IMG/VR virus record: IMGVR_UViG_2558860259_000003
Source: an uncultured virus (IMG/VR IMGVR_UViG_2558860259_000003)
Taxonomy: Duplodnaviria > Heunggongvirae > Uroviricota > Caudoviricetes
Direction: 5' to 3' (one strand)
DNA: 20,000 nucleotides
Made by a program: the position numbers and the translations under genes. Positions 6,860-15,919 of this stretch are shown here, piece after piece. The notes beneath the pieces are model-generated. The model saw nothing but the letters and a program-made list of their open reading frames with translations. It was not told where the DNA came from and did no database searches. Numbering within the stretch: the stretch's first letter is position 1; every line of letters starts with the position of its first letter.

Positions 6860-9800
6860 ATGGCCAATGACCCTCAACAACAGCGACCTGAAGAACAAAT
6901 ACAAAATGCAAATCGCGAATCCCTAAACATCCGGCAACCAGGTGAAACTACCCATACCGGGTTTGATTGGGAACAAGTGCGCAAAGCTCGCGAGGCCGCT
7001 GGACGTAAAACAGTGGTTAATGATCCGAGTATTGGTGCTGGAGATGTTATGCGTGCAGTGAGTTCCGCGCCGTTTGAAATGATCAAATCAAGTGCGCAAC
7101 TCTTTGAGGCCGGTAATGAATTCCTTGACAGAAAAGCTGCTGATTATCGCTCAGGAGAGAAAAAGCCACTGATAGATATCAAAGTGGATCCAGCGATGCT
7201 TCAAGTGATGCGTGATAATTCAGGTAACGTATTATCAGAGGCTGGATCGGCAACAATAAACCATGCGGGGAAACTTGCAGGCGCAGCTACTGAGGCTATC
7301 CAGAGTGGCTACAGCGAGGGGGCAAAGCAGGCGGCAGCCATGCCATTTGTTGTGGAGGATAAAGAGAAAAACTTCCATTTAGGCTCTGGCTTCTTTGATA
7401 AAGACGCCTGGCTGATGAATGCGATTCCCACCGTCACGCAGATACTTGTCGCTGGAGGAACATCTAAGCTTGGCTCTGCTGCGACCCGCAATGTTGTTGA
7501 AAAAGCAATGTTCAACAGGTTGAGCCAAAAGTTACCGGAGGAGGCTGCGCGCCAAATGGCCAAGGAAACTGCTGAATTGGCAGCCGCCAGGGCAGGTAAA
7601 ACAGCATTCGTCGGTGCCATGACGGCCAGCGCGCAGGGTAGTGGCGGTAATGATATGCGCGAACAGATCAATATCCTACCGTTTCACGATCTGATTGAGA
7701 GCCCAACATTTCAAAAGGCTTTTAACAGCATCGATACTAACCCCGCGAACGCCAACCTCAGCGACACACAAAAGTTAACGTTGGCACGCAGCCAGGTTGC
7801 GGATCAAGCCGCGAGTGCAGTTACTGCTGATCCGAAAATGTTGATGTTAAATTTAGCGGCGTCCACTTTAGGTGACCACACGTTATTCCGCATGATGACA
7901 CAAAGAGGTGTTGCATCTGGATTATTGCCTAGAGCTACAGGAATGGGGACTCGTGGGGTTTTAGGTGCCGCTGCAGAAGGCATCACGGAGTATGGTCAAG
8001 GTTCTGGGCTACGTTATACCCAGAACCAAGAACTCATTGGTAAGGCTGCGCAAAAAATTGATCCCATGAAAGATGTTCTATTGACGGGTTTCAACCAGGC
8101 AGTAGTGGGCATGGGGATCGGTGGTGCCATAGGGGCTGGTAGCGGTGTCCGAGGTCGTCGATCAGCACCAGAACAACAGCCGCCGGTCACCACCCCGGAC
8201 ATCAACGCACAACAAGACGCTTCACCGCAGCCAACGCCAGGGCAGTTTGCCAACGAAGAGGCCGCAGGCGCAGCAGCGACACGCGTTGATAATTTCCGTG
8301 ATATCCCTGCATACCTGCGCCAAGATCCGCGTATCCAAGGTTTTGCCGAAGATAACGAAGTTCAGCAGGCATTGGCAGAACAACAGGTATCTCCAACAGC
8401 AGAAGAGTTGATTCAGCAGCAAATTGAAGCTGGTGATCAAGGTTTCACGCCAGAAGAGTTGGCAGCACAAGAGCGTGCAGATCAAGCTCGTGAAGAGCTC
8501 ATCCCGCGACTGCCAGCACCCGGTCAAACCTCGGTGATCGCCATGCCTGGCGAAATAGCTAATGTGAATGTTGATGAGGTGCAGGCTGGTACTGGGCCGC
8601 AGTTCAGCGGAGGTGAACGAGTGCGGGGGCAGGAGTTTATTCCGCGTGAAAATCAACCAAGTAGTGAAGTGGGACGCGCAAACCAAACCTATGATGGCGA
8701 AGTGGTACCAACAAACGCTATTGAGGACAGGAACATCATTTTTACCGATGGCCCAACACATAATACTGATGAGATACAGTCAGGAGAACCACCTGCATTT
8801 ACGAGAGGGGAAACTCGTAATCAGCGTAATTTACGTGAGTATGCTAATGCCGTTGGTGCGAATAACCAATCTGGCACATTACCGGATGGTCGGCATCATG
8901 TTAATGGCACACCTGTTGATGCACAAACGGAAGCCTATGCTAAGGGGCAATTGCCTGGGGAGTTGATGTTTATGTCCAGCGGTAGGCCGTTTCCGAGTGA
9001 ACATTACGCCAACGTTTCGCGTTGGGGAAAAACTCCAGGTTCATCTATTGAGCCAGTCGAAGGAGGTTTTGCTGTTCGTATGCCGCCAAAAGAAGTAACA
9101 GCCACACCCCAGGTTGACAATAGTGCTGGTGAACTGATCGTTTCTGCCAGCGGAAAGCCATTTGCCTCGGAACGAGCCGCTGGCGCATCCCGCTGGGGGA
9201 AAACGCCTGGAGCTGCTGTAGAGCCTGTTGAGGGTGGCTTTGGTGTCAGGATGCCAATTGATAAATCTGGTCAAACTGAAGCAACTCAACTGACGGTAAA
9301 TCCCCGGCAGCCTGAGGTTCAGAACCGGCAGATGACCACTCCAGAAGAAACAAACCGGATTGATGACTTTGGTGAAGAGATTAAAGGTGCAGCGAAACAC
9401 AAATGGGGTAAGTTCTCTGAAGCCATGGAACAGCAAACTACGGATGAACAGTATCGTACTGAACCGCTTTCTAAACTGTTTCCGCAGCCAGACTACAGCA
9501 AGATGTCTACAGATGGCGTAAGCCATGACAAACTTGCGATGATCGCTATTCTTCGAGCACAGATCCCTGCAACTAAACCGAAACATCTCCTGCAACGTTG
9601 GGTAGACTCCACTCACGCAATGAAAACGCTGTCATCTCAGGTGCTGAATGGGCAAGTCACCATTGATGAGTTACGTCAACGAATGAGCAGCGGGGCGCTG
9701 GCGGGTATGAAAAATACTCACGATCTCATTGCTTCGCTGCCACCCGAGCAGATGGCCAGCGCATCAAAGTACCGCGTTAGCCATTCAAGCTATTCTGTTT

Positions 9801-12800
9801 ATGATGGCAAGAGATATCCAAACGGTCATGCGGTCTATGAGCTGGAAACGGCCAAAGGTGCCAGCGTTCGCGGGGTGGCTGACACGGACAAGGCTACCTT
9901 CATGGAAAAGGCCCGCGCGTATATCGAGCAGGAGAGTGGCCGTGCACCTGCTCCAAAACAGACCGATCTTGGTATCTATGCCAATCGCCTGACGCGAGAT
10001 GTGTATATTGGCTACAAAGGGGCCAGCGGCGTAACAAACGTCAAAGGTGGCTTTAAGGATCCGCGTGCTGCTCGCGATTATCTGAAAGAAAACCGCGCGG
10101 AATTGGAGGCTCAGATTGCAAAGCAGCGTGAGCAGGCAAGAGCAGAACAACGCCGAGAAAGTAACGAGCGAAGAATAGGTGAGTTAAGGCGCACCTCTGA
10201 TGTGACGCCAGAAAAATTTGACAATGAGTTTGGATTTCGTGGCGTTCAATTTGGCAACTATGTTGAACCTGGACGCCGCCAAGCAGAACTGAATGACGCT
10301 TACGATAGCCTAATGGATATGGCTGATATTATCGGTGTCCCGGCAAGGGCAATCTCATTGAATGGAGAGCTCGGGTTAGCATTTGGTGCGCGTGGCCGTG
10401 GTGGCCCCAATTCTGTGAAAGCCCACTATGAGCCCGGTGAAGCAGTGATCAATCTGACCAAATCAAAAGGGGCTGGTTCACTGGCGCATGAGTGGTTCCA
10501 TGCACTTGATAACTACTTTGGACAGGCAGATGTCGGAGGCGGTCGTGGGAATACTTTCGCAACCAGCCGCCACCGGCAGCGGATGCAGGTCAAAAATGGA
10601 AAGGTAGTGGTCGCTGAGCATCCGGTTCGCAAAGAAGTTTGGGATGCGTTTCAAGGGGTGAAGAAAGCCATCAATGAAAGCGGGATGGTGGCGCGAGCCC
10701 AGAGGTTGGATGAACTACGTAGCAAACCTTACTGGTCAACGGATCTGGAAATGGCAGCTCGAGCTTATGAGCGTTATATCCTTGAGCGCGCCGAAGCCAA
10801 AGGCATCAGCAATGATTATCTTGTTAACCTAAAGAAGTCGTATGAACATGCCAATCCTGAAACGTATGCTTATCCCACTGAGGCAGAACTGAACAGTGGT
10901 GTTCGTGCTGCATTTGATACGCTGTTTAAGACGCTGAAAACCAAGCCAACAGAAAAGGGGATCGCGTTGTATTCTCGCGACGGGGCTGACATTGGCGATG
11001 GCAATATTATCACAGAAGGAAGCTTTGACGTCGAAGGTGGCAAGCCAGAAAAAGGGATGACGAAAGTATATGCTCAGCGAGTTGCAGATTACTGGGTTCG
11101 CCGGTTGAATGGTGCGGCCAAGATTAAGGTTGAAGTTGTTCAGACGCAAACGGAAGCGGCTGACATGATGCCTAACGGCATACCGAAAGAGTTCGGTACT
11201 GTACACGCGATTTATCAACCTGAGCTTAGTCGGGTGATTGTTGTGGCCGATAACATTGCCGACGGCACCCAACTGCGTGCTAAGTTGCGACATGAGATTT
11301 TAGCGCACCATGGGTTGGCATCCGTGATCGGTGATGTGGAGTACGACCGCATCATTCGGGTGCTGCATCAGACGCGCGATAGCAAGAATGCTGACATTCA
11401 GAATGTCTGGAAGCAAGTGAAGAAATCCTATGGCAATGAATCCGCAGAAGTGCAAGCCAATGAGTTCCTGGCTCATATGGCCGAACGATCAGAGCTGACC
11501 GGGTTGGGGGCGGTGTGGGATCGCGTTGTTTCTACTATCACCAATGCATTCCGCAAAATGGGTTTCTTCAATCCAGGCGATATCACGCCAGCGGAGATCC
11601 GTAATATCTTGCGTTCCATAGCTGGCCGATTCAAGCGTACTGCGATGTATGAAGGAGAGCAGCCTGGCACGCGTGAGTTTGATAATACGTTTAGCCGTAC
11701 TGATGCTCTGTATTCTCGTGCACCAACAATGGACGAGATCACCAACCACAAGATGGGATTTAACGTTGAAAGGGGGAAGGTCGATAAAGCGAAAGACTTC
11801 TTTGGCCAGATGCGGAGCAAGAATAAGGACGAACTCAAGAGCTGGCTCCATGAGATTGGACGCAGGCTGAATACTAAAACCTTCGACGGCATGGCACCAT
11901 TGAAATACGCCGAAGATGCTGCTGGTAAATCCGATGCTCGATCATCTGCATATGTTGGCGCGCGTATGGCGGCGGGTGCTGGTTCTGTAACGGCGGCCAC
12001 GCTTGAGCATGGTTTGCCCAAATACAACAAGGCCGAAGGTGTTATTGAGCGCCAGGCTAATACCGGCAAAGAAGATTCACTGATCGGTATTCTTGATGGC
12101 CTTGGCAATCATCGCGAAAACTTCTTAAAGTGGATTGCTGGCCATCGTTCTGAGCGGTTAATGGCCGAGGGCAAAGAGAATAACTTCACTGCTGATGAAA
12201 TCGTCTACATGAAAGAGCTAAACAAAGGCAATGAAGTGCTGTTTGATGCCCAGAAGAAAAAATACGACGCATTCATCAAGTCAATTTTGGATCTACAACA
12301 GGATATGGGGTTGATTGATCCGACGAGCCGCGCAAATTGGGAAAGTGCATGGTATCTACCTTACTACCGTGAAGCTGAAAACGGTGAGGTTAGGGGGCCG
12401 TGGACTTCACGTGGTATTGCTAATCAAAGCAGTACCGTTCGTCGGTTAAAAGGCAGTGAACTTACTATCAAAGATCCGATTGAGAACCTTTTCAACTATG
12501 TAGCAAAGTCGATTGATGCTTCGATGAAGAATGAAGCGATGCGTCGTGCCGTAGTTAATCTTGCAGATACCGGCGTGCTGGAGGTGATCGACTCGCCAAA
12601 TAAGCTGGATTTTGAGCGCATTGGCAAGGATGTGGTGAAGGTGTTTACCAATGGTAATGAACAACTGGTCAAAGTTGTGGATCCGGAATTATATAGGGCA
12701 TTCACAATGATCGATTTGGAACGTAGTAATTCGGCATTCATGAAGGCGGCTCGCCAGGCCAAGAGAGTGCTGACAATCGGCACAACCAGTATGCCAGACT

Positions 12801-14305
12801 TCATTGTTCGTAACTTTATTCGTGACTCACTGCATTCCTGGTCGATAAACCAAGATGGTTTTAAAGCGGTTACTGACTCTTTTAAAGGACTCAACAAGGC
12901 ACTAAAAAAGGATGGTTCTTTGATTGATATGATGTTCGCTGGCGCAACATTTGGTGGTGGATATTCCAATGTTTACGATCCAGGTGGAACAGCAAGTTCA
13001 ATTCGTGGTGTGTTGCGGCGCAAAGGGTATACGGATAGTCAAATTAGAGAACACGAATCCTCTATTGTGCGTAACAGCAAAGAGGCAATGGATAAAATTG
13101 GCGCTGCGCTACAAAAATATCGGGGTGTTAGTGAGGCAGTTGAGAACGCCAACCGTGTTGCAACCTATAATGCTGCTATTGAGGCAGGGAAAGGCAAGGC
13201 ACAAGCGGCCTTTGAATCTCGTGATCTGATGGACTTCAACATGATGGGAGCCAGCAAGATCATGATTAATCTCTCTGACATGCTGCCGTTCTTCAATGCT
13301 CGCATGCAAGGGTTGAGCAAGTTGGGGCGTGCGATTAAGGACGATCCTGTGGGGGTAATGAAGCGCGGTGGCATGATTACAGCTGCATCCCTGGCACTGC
13401 TGGCCATGAACTGGGATGATAAGCGTTACGAAGAGTTGCCGGACTGGGATAAGGACACCTACTGGCATTTCTTCTTGGGAGATCTGCATGTTCGGCTGCC
13501 TAAACCATTTGAGATCGGCTTGATATACGGCACGATGCCGGAACGCTTTGCCCGCGCACTAGGAGGGCAGGATACACCGGGAAAATTTGGCAAACTGATG
13601 GCGCACAACTTCATGGCAACAATGGCGTTTAACCCCATCCCGCAGGTGGCGTTACCGATTGCTGAAGCCTATGTGAATTATGATTTCTTCAAAGGTGGCC
13701 CGATTGAGAACATGGCCGATAGCAACCTTATCGCCAGTGCCAGATTCAACGAGCAAACCAGTTTGCTAATGCGTGAGATCGGCCAAACTACAGGTTTATC
13801 TCCGAAGATGCTGGATCACATTGTGCAGGGATACACTGGCAGCCTAGGGGCGTATGTCATGGGGGCGTCCAACATCCTTGTGCTAGGGATGCAGGATAAT
13901 GGTGAAACGCCAAGTATGCGTTTGGATGAAATGCCGGTAATTAAGGCTCTGGTGCGTGGGTATGGTGATGATCCGGCTAAATCCACTCAGTTCTCAGAGG
14001 ATTTCTATCGGCTGATGGAACAGGTCAACCAGATTAACAGCACCATTAACTCTTACAAGAAGCAGGGCCGCACAGAAGAGGCCCAGCAGTTGAAGGAGGA
14101 ACACAAGGATAAGCTGGCACAGCGGAAGAGAATGACAGCGACGCAGACGCAGTTGCGGCAGTTGAATAACCAGATCGAATTGGTGCGACTTGATCGTACT
14201 CTAACAGCAGAGCAGAAGAGAGAAAGGATTGACCGCTTCATGGCTAAGCGAAATACGCTTACTCAGCAAGCAGTTGAAAGGATTAATCCGTATTTTAATA
14301 AATAA
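6860..14305 (+). CDS. Large polyvalent (internal virion-type) protein, 2481 aa, with LPD1-like, zincin metallopeptidase-like and C-terminal LPD38-like regions
   Basis: RBS GGAG at 6850-6853. LPD1-associated block: FGFRGVQFGNYV...AISLNGELGLAFGARG...AHYEP...GAGSLAHEWFHALDNY (HExxH at 10487-10501). Second zincin-type motif: LRHEILAHHGL (11291-11311) with downstream ANEFLAHMAE. LPD38-like block: YEELPDWDKDTYWHF...RLPKPFEIG...NPIPQ. N-terminal part has glycine-zipper segments. Confidence 0.85.
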   Translation: MANDPQQQRPEEQIQNANRESLNIRQPGETTHTGFDWEQVRKAREAAGRKTVVNDPSIGAGDVMRAVSSAPFEMIKSSAQLFEAGNEFLDRKAADYRSGEKKPLIDIKVDPAMLQVMRDNSGNVLSEAGSATINHAGKLAGAATEAIQSGYSEGAKQAAAMPFVVEDKEKNFHLGSGFFDKDAWLMNAIPTVTQILVAGGTSKLGSAATRNVVEKAMFNRLSQKLPEEAARQMAKETAELAAARAGKTAFVGAMTASAQGSGGNDMREQINILPFHDLIESPTFQKAFNSIDTNPANANLSDTQKLTLARSQVADQAASAVTADPKMLMLNLAASTLGDHTLFRMMTQRGVASGLLPRATGMGTRGVLGAAAEGITEYGQGSGLRYTQNQELIGKAAQKIDPMKDVLLTGFNQAVVGMGIGGAIGAGSGVRGRRSAPEQQPPVTTPDINAQQDASPQPTPGQFANEEAAGAAATRVDNFRDIPAYLRQDPRIQGFAEDNEVQQALAEQQVSPTAEELIQQQIEAGDQGFTPEELAAQERADQAREELIPRLPAPGQTSVIAMPGEIANVNVDEVQAGTGPQFSGGERVRGQEFIPRENQPSSEVGRANQTYDGEVVPTNAIEDRNIIFTDGPTHNTDEIQSGEPPAFTRGETRNQRNLREYANAVGANNQSGTLPDGRHHVNGTPVDAQTEAYAKGQLPGELMFMSSGRPFPSEHYANVSRWGKTPGSSIEPVEGGFAVRMPPKEVTATPQVDNSAGELIVSASGKPFASERAAGASRWGKTPGAAVEPVEGGFGVRMPIDKSGQTEATQLTVNPRQPEVQNRQMTTPEETNRIDDFGEEIKGAAKHKWGKFSEAMEQQTTDEQYRTEPLSKLFPQPDYSKMSTDGVSHDKLAMIAILRAQIPATKPKHLLQRWVDSTHAMKTLSSQVLNGQVTIDELRQRMSSGALAGMKNTHDLIASLPPEQMASASKYRVSHSSYSVYDGKRYPNGHAVYELETAKGASVRGVADTDKATFMEKARAYIEQESGRAPAPKQTDLGIYANRLTRDVYIGYKGASGVTNVKGGFKDPRAARDYLKENRAELEAQIAKQREQARAEQRRESNERRIGELRRTSDVTPEKFDNEFGFRGVQFGNYVEPGRRQAELNDAYDSLMDMADIIGVPARAISLNGELGLAFGARGRGGPNSVKAHYEPGEAVINLTKSKGAGSLAHEWFHALDNYFGQADVGGGRGNTFATSRHRQRMQVKNGKVVVAEHPVRKEVWDAFQGVKKAINESGMVARAQRLDELRSKPYWSTDLEMAARAYERYILERAEAKGISNDYLVNLKKSYEHANPETYAYPTEAELNSGVRAAFDTLFKTLKTKPTEKGIALYSRDGADIGDGNIITEGSFDVEGGKPEKGMTKVYAQRVADYWVRRLNGAAKIKVEVVQTQTEAADMMPNGIPKEFGTVHAIYQPELSRVIVVADNIADGTQLRAKLRHEILAHHGLASVIGDVEYDRIIRVLHQTRDSKNADIQNVWKQVKKSYGNESAEVQANEFLAHMAERSELTGLGAVWDRVVSTITNAFRKMGFFNPGDITPAEIRNILRSIAGRFKRTAMYEGEQPGTREFDNTFSRTDALYSRAPTMDEITNHKMGFNVERGKVDKAKDFFGQMRSKNKDELKSWLHEIGRRLNTKTFDGMAPLKYAEDAAGKSDARSSAYVGARMAAGAGSVTAATLEHGLPKYNKAEGVIERQANTGKEDSLIGILDGLGNHRENFLKWIAGHRSERLMAEGKENNFTADEIVYMKELNKGNEVLFDAQKKKYDAFIKSILDLQQDMGLIDPTSRANWESAWYLPYYREAENGEVRGPWTSRGIANQSSTVRRLKGSELTIKDPIENLFNYVAKSIDASMKNEAMRRAVVNLADTGVLEVIDSPNKLDFERIGKDVVKVFTNGNEQLVKVVDPELYRAFTMIDLERSNSAFMKAARQAKRVLTIGTTSMPDFIVRNFIRDSLHSWSINQDGFKAVTDSFKGLNKALKKDGSLIDMMFAGATFGGGYSNVYDPGGTASSIRGVLRRKGYTDSQIREHESSIVRNSKEAMDKIGAALQKYRGVSEAVENANRVATYNAAIEAGKGKAQAAFESRDLMDFNMMGASKIMINLSDMLPFFNARMQGLSKLGRAIKDDPVGVMKRGGMITAASLALLAMNWDDKRYEELPDWDKDTYWHFFLGDLHVRLPKPFEIGLIYGTMPERFARALGGQDTPGKFGKLMAHNFMATMAFNPIPQVALPIAEAYVNYDFFKGGPIENMADSNLIASARFNEQTSLLMREIGQTTGLSPKMLDHIVQGYTGSLGAYVMGASNILVLGMQDNGETPSMRLDEMPVIKALVRGYGDDPAKSTQFSEDFYRLMEQVNQINSTINSYKKQGRTEEAQQLKEEHKDKLAQRKRMTATQTQLRQLNNQIELVRLDRTLTAEQKRERIDRFMAKRNTLTQQAVERINPYFNK
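8957..9256 (+). repeat. Two diverged 43-aa in-frame repeats inside the polyvalent protein
   Basis: 8957-9085 GELMFMSSGRPFPSEHYANVSRWGKTPGSSIEPVEGGFAVRMP versus 9128-9256 GELIVSASGKPFASERAAGASRWGKTPGAAVEPVEGGFGVRMP. Confidence 0.9.
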
Positions 14306-14312
14306 AAAACAC

Positions 14313-14543
14313 CTATTTATTTCCGATATGAGATTGCACCTCTTTAATAGCAAGTGACAAGATAAGGGATTTTTTCTTGTCGTCTTTAATTTCGGAAAAT
14401 GTTAGATCATCAACCAAACACTCAATAATTGTGTAGGTATTCACTTCCACACCTTTATTAAAGATACGGCGGGCTGCATCGGCAACTAAATCAGCAGCGG
14501 CATCATGAATGATGTCCTTAATAACTTTTTCTGACATGTCCAT
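14313..14543 (-). CDS. Small all-helical hypothetical protein, possibly YmgB/AriR-like
   Basis: 76 aa, convergent with the large gene, with upstream AGGGA. The GVEVNTYTIIECL pattern recalls the GDNVNNKNIILSL segment of AriR/YmgB (from memory). Confidence 0.55.
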   Translation of the reverse strand: MDMSEKVIKDIIHDAAADLVADAARRIFNKGVEVNTYTIIECLVDDLTFSEIKDDKKKSLILSLAIKEVQSHIGNK

Positions 14544-14613
14544 TGTATATTTCCCTATGGCTGAGTTTTAGCCACCTTATCCCTATGCCATTAATGTGGC
14601 AAGTGTGGCACTC

Positions 14614-14826
14614 CTATTTTAACCACTGACGGATCATGACAAACACCGTCAAAGCGGCGATGAAACAGACTATGCCCAGGGCGATGCTGGTGCCGCTATC
14701 CAGAGCCATGCGGCCCTTCTTTGCAAGCAGATAGGCCACAATGATGAAGGGGATGCAAAGTGCCGGATGGATCAGCACCATGACGGCGGCTAGGATGAGG
14801 CAGGTGATGAAGATTGTTGATGTCAT
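14614..14826 (-). CDS. Small membrane protein (70 aa, 2-3 hydrophobic segments)
   Basis: ATG at 14826 has a GGAAGGG upstream. The alternative GTG at 14847 overlaps the att arm repeats. Strongly hydrophobic sequence. Confidence 0.6.
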   Translation of the reverse strand: MTSTIFITCLILAAVMVLIHPALCIPFIIVAYLLAKKGRMALDSGTSIALGIVCFIAALTVFVMIRQWLK

Positions 14827-14833
14827 TTTCCCT

Positions 14834-14860
14834 TCCGAAATTTCCACGAGGTTTCACGAA
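14834..14860 (+). repeat. Integrase arm-type sites, left of att core
   Basis: TCCGAAA (14834), CACGAGG (14845) and CACGAA (14855) at 10-11-bp period, same orientation as the right-hand pair. Confidence 0.55.
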
Positions 14861-14936
14861 TAAAGCAGGTAACTATATGATCTTAAAGGGCCGTAATGCG
14901 GCGCTTTGTGGCGTGTTTTATAGCCAAAAAATCACA

Positions 14937-14949
14937 TAACTACTTGATT
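14937..14949 (-). promoter_or_regulatory. IHF binding site in att arm
   Basis: Reverse complement AATCAAGTAGTTA matches the IHF consensus WATCAANNNNTTR exactly. Confidence 0.7.
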
Positions 14950-14980
14950 TAAAATAATAAAATTGAAATTTCACGGCTAA

Positions 14981-15004
14981 AGGAATCGTATTCGGTCTTT
15001 TTTT
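14981..15004 (+). other. Phage attachment core: duplicated 3' end of the SdsR/RyeB sRNA gene
   Basis: AGGAATCGTATTCGGTCTTTTTTT matches the loop and 3' strand of the SdsR terminator as I recall it. The 5' strand (GACCGAATAC) is absent here, so this is a fragment rather than the gene. It lies just downstream of an integrase 3' end, between arm repeats. Confidence 0.75.
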
Positions 15005-15039
15005 ATCTTGTTGTTTTATAAGCATAAAAAATCGCACTC

Positions 15040-15057
15040 CACGAAAATACACGAAAA
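15040..15057 (+). repeat. Integrase arm-type sites, right of att core
   Basis: CACGAAAA twice at 10-bp period (15040 and 15050), just beyond the integrase stop. Confidence 0.65.
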
Positions 15058-15073
15058 CCTATATCCGGTCTTT

Positions 15074-15493
15074 TTAAACAAGCACGTATTCCTTCCCTCT
15101 TGGGTCGAGGTATTTCTTGGTCATGACTGCTGATTTATGCCCCAGCAGACGCTGTGCAAACTCCTCTCCTTTCTCAACGCTATATAACCTCGATGCAAGG
15201 CTACGGATCTCGTGAAACGTTGGTGGGTTTTCTTCAAACTCCAATCCCGAAGCTTTTCGTGCTGCAACAAATTTTTTCGTCAACCCATCTGGGTGCAAAG
15301 AGCCATCTGGGCTATTTTTCCTGATACCGGCACTAATCATGAAATTTGTTGTACTGGCCAACCGGCAGCGATCAATAACCGTTCCCAGTCTTAGCTTTAC
15401 TGCATGTAATTCCAGGTTCAATGGTACCGCAATCATCGCCCCAGTTTTCCCCTGATTTATTTGCAAACGTCCATCTACGATATGATCGAAACG
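15074..15493 (-). pseudogene. int: Lambda-type tyrosine integrase, C-terminal fragment only
   Basis: RFDHIVDGRLQINQGKTG...PPTFHEIRSLASRLY...FAQRLLGHKSAVMTKKYLDPRG retains the K, HxxR, H and Y catalytic motifs. Similarity stops at about 15493, so the N-terminal arm-binding and core-binding domains and the first catalytic Arg are missing. Confidence 0.9.
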
Positions 15494-15897
15494 AATAACG
15501 TTTCAGTGCTGCTGGATAACTACCCGCGTGCGTTTGATGCAATTGCGATGGCATATACCCGTGAACTGATGGCGTTACGCGAAAAAAACTGACAGCGGTT
15601 GCCTCGGCATTCTATACGCCTGATCCCTCCGAAGAAGAACTCGCCACATTCGAGTTAACGCTTGAGGATGTGGAGCCAGATCCAGTGGAGGTCTGGCCCT
15701 GTGTCTGGCCCACTTTTCAGGTTTTCCGATCTCTGGCGACCCAGTGGCGTACCGGCATGAGCGGGGTAACCGGGTTGGATTACAACTGCCTGCCCTGGCT
15801 GATGAAGTTGCACGGCGTAGAGGATGAGGCAACCGCGTTATTGGATATCAGAATTATGGAATCAGTCGCACTGACTTTAATTCACCATAATCAATAA
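15494..15897 (+). pseudogene. Tail assembly chaperone G/GT remnant (5'-truncated G plus DUF1799-like T frame)
   Basis: NNVSVLLDNYPRAFDAIAMAYTRELMALREKN* ends at 15592 over A-AAA-AAC (15583-15589). The -1 frame continues LTAVASAFYTPDPSEEELATF...EVWP...ATQWRTGMSGVTGLDY...IRIMESVAL to 15897. Confidence 0.85.
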
Positions 15898-15919
15898 GAA
15901 ATGCGCTTCACTTATTTTG

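Noticed and set aside
706..14241. Many overlapping and antisense ORFs in the track (e.g. 706..1221, 4379..4936, 9041..9616, 11473..12108)
   Set aside because: They lie within long, coherent phage genes and show no recognisable motifs, so they are treated as shadow ORFs.
14981..15004. A complete SdsR/RyeB sRNA gene
   Set aside because: Only the 3' terminal portion is present. The sRNA body and the 5' strand of its terminator are missing.
15066..15075. Second partial att core (CGGTCTTTTT)
   Set aside because: Only 10 bp, half of it a T run, and overlapping the integrase stop. Too short to support.
15074..15466. Functional mini-integrase
   Set aside because: It lacks the DNA-binding domains and first catalytic Arg, and the called start is an internal TTG just inside the deletion junction.
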